Source of the DNA: Chloroflexota bacterium
GTDB lineage: Bacteria; Chloroflexota; Limnocylindria; Limnocylindrales; CSP1-4
Assembly: GCA_040007635.1 (NCBI GenBank)
Contig: JBDTUR010000003.1
Span: forward strand, 1 to 33,868
Direction: 5' to 3'
Length of the DNA: 33,868 bases
Shown: piece by piece, positions 18,139-26,354 of the stretch
Position numbering within the stretch: the stretch's first letter is position 1
How the letters are laid out: each line of letters begins with the position of its first letter
Program-made: the position numbers and the translations under genes
Notes under the pieces: generated by a model
The model's input: only the letters and a program-made list of their open reading frames with translations
Databases searched by the model: none
Told to the model about the DNA's origin: nothing

Positions 18139-20625
18139 CTAGCCGAGCGCTCCTTCCATCTCCATCTTCACCAGGCGGTTGAACTCGATGGCATATTCCA
18201 TCGGCAGCTCCTTGGTGAAGACCTCGAGGAAGCCCTGCACAACCAGGTTCTGCGCCTCGTTTTCGGACAGGCCGCGACTCATCAGGTAGAAGATCTGATC
18301 CTGGCTGATCTTGCCCACGGTTGCCTCGTGGCTCATGGTCGTGTCGTCTTCGGCGATATCGATGTACGGGTAGGTATCGCTGCGGCTCTCGTCGTCGAGC
18401 ATGAGTGCGTCGCAACGGACGCTCGCCACGACGCCGGTCGCGCCGGGCGCGACCTTGAGGTGACCGCGATAGGTCGCCCGGCCGCCGTCCTTGGACACGG
18501 ACTTGGAAACGATGCGTGACTTGGTGTCCGGCGCAAGGTGGATTGCCTTCGCGCCCGTGTCCTGGTGCTGGCCGCGGCCGGCGACCGCGACGCTGATGAT
18601 GTCTGCCGTGGCGCCGCGTCCGCGCAGGTAGATGCTGGGGTACTTGTAGGTCGTGCGTGCGCCGGTGTTGGCATCGATCCACTCGACGGTCGAGTTCTCG
18701 TACGCGTGGGCGCGCTTGGTGACCAGGTTGTAGACGTCGTTGCTCCAGTTCTGGATCGTCGTGTAACGCACCTTGCTGTTGGCCAGCGCGACGACTTCGA
18801 CAACCGCGACGTGAAGTGACTCAGTGGCGTAAATCGGAGCAGTGCAGTTGTGAACTGCGAAACCCTTCGCCAAGTAGGCGTTCGGAGCGCTCGACATCTC
18901 CAGGTTGTAGACAAGGCCCTCATATGGCCGGCTTTCAATCTTGCGGATCGGCACCCAGAAGCAGTTCCGCACGGCATCGAACCAGACGTACTTGTTCCCG
19001 GGATTCTCGACGAAGTGGACCACGTAGGCCTCGTTGTGATGGATCAACCGTCCGTCCGGCATCGTTTCGTCAAACGGCTTTCTGACATTGATGCCGACGT
19101 ATTGACCCAGTCGAGCGAAGATCTCCTGCAATTGGAACGCCAGGGTGTGGGACGTGGTCACTGCCCGGACCACCGAGCTGCCTCCCGGACGCTCGTAGCG
19201 GCTGCCGTCACCAAGCAGATAGGTGTCGATGAGCAGCTGTTGTCGCGACGGAGGGAGTTCCATGAGATGGGAACCTAGCCTCTTGGTGCTCGAACCCGTC
19301 CCGACCTGCTCTACGCAGAGTTTCATCAGCGCTCGCGAGTAGACGTAGACCTGTGCCTCGTGCTTCCCCGGCACCTCGTAGACGCTAGCCTTCTTGCCCG
19401 ACAGGGCAGTCATGAGGGCACGGGCGTCGGCGACCTTGTCGGTTTCGGCGATGTTGAATGAGAGTCGGACCGTCGGAGCGCCGTTGACGCCGTTTTCGAA
19501 CGCGCTTCCTTCTGCCACGTAATAGCCCAGGAAACGCAGCATCTCGTCCGATATCTCGGGATGGTCGACCTGCTTGGCGGCGACCGGGAAGCAGAGCAGG
19601 TCATCCTTAGCCAGCTCACCTGCCGGGATCCACTCTGGCTCGGAGGTGTGGAAGGACGCCTCGTCCATGATCCATTTGTTGCGTTGCCATACGGCGGCGC
19701 GCTGACGACGCAGAGCGAGGATCGGATGCTCCGGAGTGACCTCGAAGGCGTTGCCGACCGAAACCGGGACGATCTTGAGCATGTCGCCGACGTACGAACG
19801 ACGGCGAACCGCCGAAACTTCGGCCTCAACGCCCGCACTGTTCATAACCTTCTGTCCTGGTGCAACCTCCGTGATTGGCACCATGGCATCACCGATGCTG
19901 ACGAGCTCAGAATCGCTACAGCACCCCTCGATGTAATGCACCTTGGCGCCCTCATCGACGACGATGAGGGTCCGCTCGAACTGGCCGGTGTTCTCGCCGT
20001 TGATCCGGAAGTACGCCTGCAGCGGCAGCGGCACCTCGACGCCCTTGGGCACGTAGACGAATGAGCCGCCACTCCAGACCGCGGCGTTGAGCGCGGCGAA
20101 CTTGTTGTCTTCCGCCGGCACGATCGTGCCGAAGTACTTCTTGAAGATGTCCGGGTATTCCTTGAGCGCCTGGTCCGTGCCCATGAAGACCACGCCCATC
20201 TTGGACAGCTCTTCGCGGACCGAGTGGTACACAACCTCAGAGTCGTACTGCGCGCCCACGCCCGCCAGGAACTTGCGCTCAGCCTCTGGGATGCCCAGGC
20301 GCTCGAAGGTGTTCTTGATCTTGTCGGGGACGTCCTCCCACGACTTCTCCTCGCGCTCGGACGGCTTGCGGTAATAGATGATGTTCTCGAAGTTGATCTT
20401 CTCAAGACCGCTCGTCCAGGTGGGCATGGGCCGCTTGAGGAAGTGCTCGTAGGCGCGCAGGCGGTAGTCGAGCATCCACTGCGGCTCGTCCTTGATCGCG
20501 CTGATCTCCTCGACCGTGTCGCGCGTCAGACCGCGCTTGGTCTCCGTGAGGTAGACGATCTCGTCCTTGAAGTCGAAGCGCGACCGGTCGTTGTCGACCA
20601 TCTGGCGCTGATTGAGGGTAGTCAT
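18139..20625 (-). CDS. sufB: Fe-S cluster assembly protein SufB, intein-containing (469-aa extein)
   Basis: GVGAQYDSE, NAAVWSGGSFVYVP, GQFERTLI, HYIEG|CTAP, YTTIQNWS, HEATVGKI, FYLMSRG. Confidence 0.96.
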   Translation of the reverse strand: MTTLNQRQMVDNDRSRFDFKDEIVYLTETKRGLTRDTVEEISAIKDEPQWMLDYRLRAYEHFLKRPMPTWTSGLEKINFENIIYYRKPSEREEKSWEDVPDKIKNTFERLGIPEAERKFLAGVGAQYDSEVVYHSVREELSKMGVVFMGTDQALKEYPDIFKKYFGTIVPAEDNKFAALNAAVWSGGSFVYVPKGVEVPLPLQAYFRINGENTGQFERTLIVVDEGAKVHYIEGCCSDSELVSIGDAMVPITEVAPGQKVMNSAGVEAEVSAVRRRSYVGDMLKIVPVSVGNAFEVTPEHPILALRRQRAAVWQRNKWIMDEASFHTSEPEWIPAGELAKDDLLCFPVAAKQVDHPEISDEMLRFLGYYVAEGSAFENGVNGAPTVRLSFNIAETDKVADARALMTALSGKKASVYEVPGKHEAQVYVYSRALMKLCVEQVGTGSSTKRLGSHLMELPPSRQQLLIDTYLLGDGSRYERPGGSSVVRAVTTSHTLAFQLQEIFARLGQYVGINVRKPFDETMPDGRLIHHNEAYVVHFVENPGNKYVWFDAVRNCFWVPIRKIESRPYEGLVYNLEMSSAPNAYLAKGFAVHNCTAPIYATESLHVAVVEVVALANSKVRYTTIQNWSNDVYNLVTKRAHAYENSTVEWIDANTGARTTYKYPSIYLRGRGATADIISVAVAGRGQHQDTGAKAIHLAPDTKSRIVSKSVSKDGGRATYRGHLKVAPGATGVVASVRCDALMLDDESRSDTYPYIDIAEDDTTMSHEATVGKISQDQIFYLMSRGLSENEAQNLVVQGFLEVFTKELPMEYAIEFNRLVKMEMEGALG
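18847..19923 (-). mobile_element. Intein with a LAGLIDADG homing endonuclease, 359 aa, inserted in sufB
   Basis: In-frame insertion between ...HYIEG and CTAPIY. Starts with Cys; block B VTPEHPI; endonuclease blocks LGYYVAEGS and LIDTYLLGDGS; block H TTSHTLAFQLQEIFARLG; block F VYNLEM; ends VHN followed by Cys+1. Confidence 0.95.
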
Positions 20626-20650
20626 AATTCTGAGTCAGATTATCGGAATT
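20626..20650 (-). promoter_or_regulatory. Candidate operator overlapping the sufB -10 region
   Basis: AT-rich imperfect inverted repeat AATTCTGA-N9-TCGGAATT with nested TCTGA-G-TCAGA; TAATCT on the minus strand at 20642-20637. Confidence 0.55.
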
Positions 20651-20782
20651 CCGCCGCGACCGTCAACGGCACGCTGCCTGGCTTGCGGGACGGTGTCATA
20701 GTCTTTGCCCAGTTCCTCGCGTTGACACAGGTCGAGGAGTTGACGCCGGTGAGATGCTTGCCCTGTCGGATCGCGGATAGGA

Positions 20783-21670
20783 GTGGGCGCGACGTCACTA
20801 TTGCGGACGATCGACAGAGGGCTTATCTCGGCGCTAGTTGCGTCGACACTTCTCATGGTCGCGCAAGTGCAACCGGTGCTGGCCGCATACGCCACTGACT
20901 GTTTGACCGGCGACCAAGACGAGCACAACTACGAGATCTTTGAGCGACCCTTCGTCATCACGGGCGTCGTTGGGATCGTCGATGTAGTGCCGCAACGTCC
21001 ATGTACCGGTGCGGACGCAACGCACTTTGACCACCCGTTGGTCTTGACGACGATTCAATACAACGCTTACGAAGACTATCCGATCGTCCACCTCGGCTAT
21101 GGGCAATGCGGCTATGTGCCAAATTGCACGGCATATGGCTCAGGCCTGCATTTCCTCTACACAGAATTCGATTCATACCAAGGTGAATTACATTTGGCGG
21201 ACGGGTGGTATGGCGGTACACCAGTAGTTGGCCATCGCTACCGTTTCAAGATCACGTCGATCGTTGAAATGGGGAACCCGAAGTGGCGCTATTGCATACG
21301 AGACATGACAACTGGACAGGCATATGTCTGTCACAACAGACCGCGGACCTGGGGCAGAGACTACGGCACATATGTTTGGTGGGGAGCTGAGACGAAGAAT
21401 GACCACTCCCAGATTGGTGGTGGCGGGGCCTTGGAGCTCACCGAATACCAAGCGCAATTCGAGTATCAGGGGGAGTGGTGGTGGGTCGACACCTGGGACC
21501 CCGTCGATCCGAGCCACGGCTGCCACAAGTACTCGTACCTAGCGGACGGTAGCCAAGGAACCTTCCCGAGTTCATACTATCGGTGCTATGTGGTGGATAA
21601 GACGGACACCAATGGCGATGGCCAGTTGAACGATGACGACGCTCTCAATATCTACACGATCTCGCACTGA
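20783..21670 (+). CDS. Secreted Cys/Tyr/Trp-rich hypothetical protein with a C-terminal Ca-binding-like DxNxDG motif
   Basis: Signal peptide ending PVLA|A; DTNGDGQLND; more A/T-ending codons than neighbouring genes. Exact start uncertain. Confidence 0.75.
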   Translation: MGATSLLRTIDRGLISALVASTLLMVAQVQPVLAAYATDCLTGDQDEHNYEIFERPFVITGVVGIVDVVPQRPCTGADATHFDHPLVLTTIQYNAYEDYPIVHLGYGQCGYVPNCTAYGSGLHFLYTEFDSYQGELHLADGWYGGTPVVGHRYRFKITSIVEMGNPKWRYCIRDMTTGQAYVCHNRPRTWGRDYGTYVWWGAETKNDHSQIGGGGALELTEYQAQFEYQGEWWWVDTWDPVDPSHGCHKYSYLADGSQGTFPSSYYRCYVVDKTDTNGDGQLNDDDALNIYTISH

Positions 21671-21679
21671 GGCAACCAA

Positions 21680-22096
21680 ATGACACTCGCGTGGCTCGCG
21701 CGCGCGGTCGCAGGCCCTGTTCTGTCAATTGTGGGTGCAAGCATATTGGTCGCCGCCGCCGTTGCAGTAGTTGCGTTAGGGCTCAACCTCCCGGGCGCTG
21801 GAATGGGCCCCGTCCCGCCCGCGGATGGCATTCCCAGTCCCCATCAAACACTCGCCAAGCAAAATAGCCCAGCGCCATTGAGTTCGGGCACCAATGGCGC
21901 CAGCAACGAGCCGATCCCTTCCGACGATAGCGAGCAGGCCGTGATGCCCAGTCAGCCTCCGGACGCGTCTTCCAGCCCCGGTTACACCGTTCCAGGCGGA
22001 CTGCATCCATACGGATCCAAGCCACCTGTCGTACTGGATCCTTCGGCGAGCCCGGGGGGTAGCAAGTGTGATCCTGAGACGCAGGAGTGCGGCTGA
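21680..22096 (+). CDS. Membrane-anchored Pro/Ser-rich hypothetical protein
   Basis: GAGG before the ATG, 9 nt after the upstream stop; N-terminal TM, disordered tail, terminal CDPETQECG. Confidence 0.6.
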   Translation: MTLAWLARAVAGPVLSIVGASILVAAAVAVVALGLNLPGAGMGPVPPADGIPSPHQTLAKQNSPAPLSSGTNGASNEPIPSDDSEQAVMPSQPPDASSSPGYTVPGGLHPYGSKPPVVLDPSASPGGSKCDPETQECG

Positions 22097-22157
22097 GGGC
22101 TTGCTCCTCGCTCGCAAGCTCGGATCAAATCACGCCTTGCATTTTTGGCGCCTCGGC

Positions 22158-22628
22158 GTGAGCCGCGAAGCGGAGGAGCTGAACCGGCGCCTGCTGCGCG
22201 CCCGCGACGCGATGGACCGTGCCTACGCCCAGCCGCTCGACGTTGCCGCGGTAGCCGCGGTGGCGCACATGTCTAGCGCGCACTTCAGTCGCTCGTTCCG
22301 CGCCGTCTTTGGCGAAACGCCCCACCATTACCTGCAGCGGCGCCGGGTCGAGCGGTCGATGTTCATGTTGCGCGAAACGGACCGGGAGATCACCGACATC
22401 TGCGTGGACGTGGGGTTTTCCAGCCTGGGCACGTTCAGCCGAACTTTTCACGGGATCGTGGGCGAAACGCCGACCGACTACCGCGCCGGGCACGGCCCGA
22501 TGGACGCGCCGCACTGCATGCAGATCCTGGCGATGCGCCCCTTGGGCGCCGCGCGTAGCCCGGCGGCCAAGCCCGGTCCCGCCAAATTGAGCAGTTTTGG
22601 AGAAGCCCGCGAGCCCGGCGCTGCCTAG
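22158..22628 (+). CDS. Short AraC-family transcriptional regulator
   Basis: LLRARDAMDRAYAQPLDV, HFSRSFRAVFGETPHHYL, VGFSSLGTFSRTF double HTH; start taken at GTG 22158. Confidence 0.9.
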   Translation: MSREAEELNRRLLRARDAMDRAYAQPLDVAAVAAVAHMSSAHFSRSFRAVFGETPHHYLQRRRVERSMFMLRETDREITDICVDVGFSSLGTFSRTFHGIVGETPTDYRAGHGPMDAPHCMQILAMRPLGAARSPAAKPGPAKLSSFGEAREPGAA

Positions 22629-22631
22629 CAT
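22626..22631 (+). promoter_or_regulatory. Leaderless-type -10 box for VOC-DUF1801-uvrA2
   Basis: TAGCAT lies 6 nt before ATG 22638; no SD. Confidence 0.55.
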
Positions 22632-22637
22632 CTGGCG

Positions 22638-23060
22638 ATGATCAACAAGCTCAACGTTGCTACGATCTGGGTCCTCGACAAGCAGGAGGCGCTGGACTTC
22701 TACGTCGGCAAGCTCGGCATGGAAGTTGGCTCCGACGTGAAGCAAGGGCCCTATCGCTGGCTTACGGTCCGAGTCCCGGAAGACCCGGGATTCGAGATCT
22801 CTCTCGAGCAGCCTGGCCCACCCATTCATGACGAGGGCACTGCGGAGCAGTTGCGCGACCTCATCACCAAGGGTGCGCTGAGCGGCCTTGTGCTTCATAC
22901 GGAAGATGTTCGCGCGCTCTATGAGACGCTCCAGGAGCGCGGCGTCACCGATTTCACACAGGAGCCGATGGATCACTTCTACGGCACCGACATGGGCGTG
23001 CGCGATCCGTTTGGCAACGCAATCCGAATCCTCGAGCGCAAGAAAGGACGCAAGCAATGA
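22638..23060 (+). CDS. VOC (glyoxalase/bleomycin-resistance) family protein
   Basis: ALDFYVGKLG, RWLTV, RDPFGNAIRI motifs. Confidence 0.9.
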   Translation: MINKLNVATIWVLDKQEALDFYVGKLGMEVGSDVKQGPYRWLTVRVPEDPGFEISLEQPGPPIHDEGTAEQLRDLITKGALSGLVLHTEDVRALYETLQERGVTDFTQEPMDHFYGTDMGVRDPFGNAIRILERKKGRKQ

Positions 23061-23527
23061 GCCCAGCTGCCAAGACCACCACCAAGACCGCCGCAAAGAA
23101 GGCCAACGTCTGGTCAGACGCCGAGAAGGCGGCAATGAAGGAAGGCGCGCAAGAGCGGAAGTCGTCGAGCAAGATGACGCCCGCCCAGGAACGCGCGCAG
23201 GGCGAGGCCGACATCCAGGCCAAGATCGCTGGCATGCCCGAGCCGGACAGGTCGCTCGCGCTGCGGATCCATGCGCTTGTGCTGAAGACCGCGCCCGACC
23301 TCATGCCGCGGACGTACTACGGCATGCCGGCGTATGCGCGCGACGGCAAGACCATCTGCTTCTTCAAGCCCGCGTCCAAGTTCAAGGAGCGCTATTCCAC
23401 TTTCGGCTTCGAGCAGAACGCGCGTCTCGATGAGGGCACGATGTGGCCGACCTCCTACGCGATCACCACGCTCAGTGCAGCCGATGAGAAGAAGATCGCC
23501 GCGATGGTTGAGAAGGCAGTTGGCTAG
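23057..23527 (+). CDS. DUF1801 (YdhG-like) protein
   Basis: YYGMPAYARDGKTICFF, KFKERYSTFGF, MWPTSYA; ATGA overlap with the VOC gene. Confidence 0.8.
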   Translation: MSPAAKTTTKTAAKKANVWSDAEKAAMKEGAQERKSSSKMTPAQERAQGEADIQAKIAGMPEPDRSLALRIHALVLKTAPDLMPRTYYGMPAYARDGKTICFFKPASKFKERYSTFGFEQNARLDEGTMWPTSYAITTLSAADEKKIAAMVEKAVG

Positions 23528-25865
23528 CGCCAAGGCGGCCCAGTCGGAATGGGGCGCGATCAGCGTTCGCGGCGCGCGCGAGAACAACCTCAAGAACGTC
23601 AGCCTGGACATTCCCAAACGCCAGCTGACGGTTTTTTCGGGGGTGTCGGGATCGGGTAAGAGCTCGCTCGTTTTCGACACCATCGCCGCTGAATCGAAGC
23701 GGCTGATCAACGAGACCTACAGCTCGTTCGTCCAGAACTTCATGCCGACATTGGCTCGGCCCGACGTCGACAGCCTGGAAGGTCTGACGACGGCGATCAT
23801 CGTCGACCAGGAACGGATGGGCGCGAACGCCCGATCAACCGTGGGCACAGTGACCGACGCAAGTGCCCTGCTGCGGGTGCTTTTCAGTCGGCTGGGCAAG
23901 CCGCACATCGGTGGGCCGCAGGCGTATTCGTTCAACATCCCAAGCGTCAAGGGCGCGGGCGCATTGGCGATTGAGCGCGGGCCGAAGAAGACGGTGAGCC
24001 GCACGTTCTCACTGCAGGGCGGCATGTGCCCGCGCTGCGAGGGCATGGGCAGCGTCAACGACATCGATCTCGCCCAGCTGTACGACGAGTCCAAGTCCCT
24101 CGCGCAGGGCGCGATCACGATCCCCGGCTACACCGCTGATGGTTGGTCCGTTCGCCGCTTCGCGGAGTCGGGCTTTCTCGACAAGAACAAGAAGATCCGC
24201 GATTACACCAAGAAGCAGCTGGACGACTTCCTGTACCGCGACGCGACCAAGGTGAAGATCAGCGGCATCAACCTCACCTACGAAGGGCTCGTTCCGAGCA
24301 TCCAGAGGTCGATGCTCTCCAAGGATGTCGACACCTTGCAGCCGCACATCCGGGCGTTCGTCCAACGCGCGGTGACCTTCCAGACCTGCCCCGAGTGTGG
24401 CGGTTCGCGGCTCGCGGCCGCGACGCGCGGCTCGAAAATTGACGGCGTCAGCATCGCCGACGCATCCGCCATGCAGATCAGCGACCTCGCGGTCTGGGTG
24501 CGGAGCATCAACGACCCGTCCGTGGCGCCACTGGTGAGCGCGCTGCAGCACGCCTTGGATTCGTTCGTCGAGATCGGCCTGGGCTACCTGTCCCTCGACC
24601 GGCCGTCGGGCACCTTGTCAGGTGGTGAGGCGCAGCGGACGCGCATGGTGCGCAACGTCAGCTCGTCGCTCACCGACGTCACGTATGTCTTCGACGAGCC
24701 GACGATCGGCCTGCACGCGCACGACGTGCACCTGATGAACGACCTGCTGCGCCGGTTGCGCGACAAGGGCAACACGGTGCTCGTCGTCGAGCACGACCCA
24801 GAGGTGATCCGGATCGCCGACCACGTGGTCGACATGGGCCCGGGCGCGGGGCCCAACGGCGGCACGGTTGTGTTCGAGGGCGATATCGCGGGCCTCGTCA
24901 CGTCAGGTACGTCGACCGGGCGGCACCTGGGCACCCGCCAGGATTTGAAGCGCGACACCCGGGAGCCACGCGGCGCCATCGCGATCCGTAATGCCAAGCT
25001 GCACAACCTCAAGGACGTGTCCGTAGATGTGCCATTGGGCCTGCTGGTGGCGGTGACCGGAGTGGCCGGGAGCGGCAAGAGCTCGTTGATTCACGGCTGC
25101 ATGCCGCGGACTGATCCCGCGGTGACCGTTATCGACCAATCGGCCATCCAGGGTTCGCGCCGCTCCTCGCCGGCGACCTACACAGGCATCCTCGATCCCA
25201 TCCGAGCGGCCTTCGCCAAGGCGAACGGCGTCAAACCGGCTCTGTTCAGCGCGAATTCGGAGGGGGCGTGCCCGGCGTGCAACGGCCTGGGCAAGATCTA
25301 CACCAGCCTGGGCTTCATGGCCGAGGTTGAGAGCGTGTGCGAGGTATGCGAGGGGCGGCGCTTCACCGACGAAGTGCTCGAGTACCGGCTGCGCGGCAAG
25401 AACATCGTCGAGGTGCTGGCGACGCCGGTGGAGGAAGCGCGCCACTTCTTTACGGAGAAGCCGGTCAAGCAGATGCTCGATCGCCTCGCCGATGTTGGCC
25501 TGGGCTACATCGCGCTGGGCCAGGAGCTGGACACTTTGTCCGGTGGCGAGCGTCAGCGCCTGAAGCTCGCGATCGAGATGTCGACCGACACACCGGTCTA
25601 CGTGCTCGATGAGCCCACCAGCGGCCTCCACCTACAGGACGTCGAAAACCTGATCGCGCTGCTCGATCGCCTGGTCGATGACGGCAAGACGGTGATCGTG
25701 ATCGAGCACAACCTCGATGTCATCGCGCGCGCCGACTGGGTGATCGACATGGGGCCCGGCGCGGGCCATGACGGCGGCACGGTCATCTTCGAGGGCACGC
25801 CGCTCGCCCTGACCAAAGCAAAGGGCTCTCTGACCGGCGAATACCTGCGGCGCCGACTGGCCTGA
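23520..25865 (+). CDS. Class II UvrA-like ABC ATPase (UvrA2 / DrrC-like)
   Basis: GARENNLK; two Walker A motifs (GVSGSGKSS, GVAGSGKSS); two LSGGE signatures; CxxC zinc modules. About 780 aa with no UvrB-binding insertion apparent. Probable TTG start at 23520. Confidence 0.9.
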   Translation: MASAKAAQSEWGAISVRGARENNLKNVSLDIPKRQLTVFSGVSGSGKSSLVFDTIAAESKRLINETYSSFVQNFMPTLARPDVDSLEGLTTAIIVDQERMGANARSTVGTVTDASALLRVLFSRLGKPHIGGPQAYSFNIPSVKGAGALAIERGPKKTVSRTFSLQGGMCPRCEGMGSVNDIDLAQLYDESKSLAQGAITIPGYTADGWSVRRFAESGFLDKNKKIRDYTKKQLDDFLYRDATKVKISGINLTYEGLVPSIQRSMLSKDVDTLQPHIRAFVQRAVTFQTCPECGGSRLAAATRGSKIDGVSIADASAMQISDLAVWVRSINDPSVAPLVSALQHALDSFVEIGLGYLSLDRPSGTLSGGEAQRTRMVRNVSSSLTDVTYVFDEPTIGLHAHDVHLMNDLLRRLRDKGNTVLVVEHDPEVIRIADHVVDMGPGAGPNGGTVVFEGDIAGLVTSGTSTGRHLGTRQDLKRDTREPRGAIAIRNAKLHNLKDVSVDVPLGLLVAVTGVAGSGKSSLIHGCMPRTDPAVTVIDQSAIQGSRRSSPATYTGILDPIRAAFAKANGVKPALFSANSEGACPACNGLGKIYTSLGFMAEVESVCEVCEGRRFTDEVLEYRLRGKNIVEVLATPVEEARHFFTEKPVKQMLDRLADVGLGYIALGQELDTLSGGERQRLKLAIEMSTDTPVYVLDEPTSGLHLQDVENLIALLDRLVDDGKTVIVIEHNLDVIARADWVIDMGPGAGHDGGTVIFEGTPLALTKAKGSLTGEYLRRRLA

Positions 25866-25929
25866 ATCGAAAGGCGGCGGCCCAAATGACCAGCGCCTCC
25901 GAGTTTCGCGTCGACGCTGATCGTCTCCG

Positions 25930-26202
25930 TCACGCGGAGTGCAGATCGCGCTCCATGACCAGCACGGCGATACTCGGCTCGAGCAATCCCAGGTCTGCCA
26001 GCAACGCTCGCGTCTCGTCGTCGCCGAGTGGCAGGAGCGCGGCGGTCAACGCCTGACGTGCCGTACGGCCGACTCCCGGCCCGGCACCGACACCAGCGAC
26101 GTCGGCAACCCAGCCGAGCGACAACCGACGCAACGTCACGCTCAGCTCCGGGCAGCTACCTGCCCGGAGGCTGAACTCGATCGTCGACACGCCACGCTCC
26201 AT
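25930..26202 (-). CDS. Small hypothetical protein
   Basis: About 90-aa ORF. Start is ATG 26202 (CAGGCT 7 nt upstream) or GTG 26190 (GGAG upstream). Confidence 0.6.
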   Translation of the reverse strand: MERGVSTIEFSLRAGSCPELSVTLRRLSLGWVADVAGVGAGPGVGRTARQALTAALLPLGDDETRALLADLGLLEPSIAVLVMERDLHSA

Positions 26203-26225
26203 GCACAGCAGCCTGAGGGCCCGCT

Positions 26226-26244
26226 GTGACAGCTTGCGTGTCAC
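26226..26244. promoter_or_regulatory. Palindrome GTGACA-N7-TGTCAC, candidate operator
   Basis: Perfect 6-7-6 dyad 24 nt upstream of ATG 26202. Confidence 0.45.
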
Positions 26245-26305
26245 GCCATCTTGAGACTGACGATTTGCCTCCCGAAGTCGCGCGGAAGGGACCTCGCCCA
26301 CGCCC

Positions 26306-26339
26306 CGCGCCGAGCGCTCACTATCGCGCCGAGCGCTCA
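26306..26339. repeat. Tandem 15-bp direct repeat CGCGCCGAGCGCTCA
   Basis: Identical copies at 26306-26320 and 26325-26339, each containing the palindrome GAGCGCTC. Confidence 0.85.
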
Positions 26340-26354
26340 ATATCTGATGGCTCA

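Noticed and set aside
20660-22110. IS element or prophage remnant
   Set aside because: No transposase, integrase, terminal inverted repeats or target duplication found by eye.
23520-25865. Canonical nucleotide excision repair uvrA
   Set aside because: Shorter than UvrA1, no UvrB-binding domain apparent, and it lies in an AraC/VOC cassette; gene symbol withheld.
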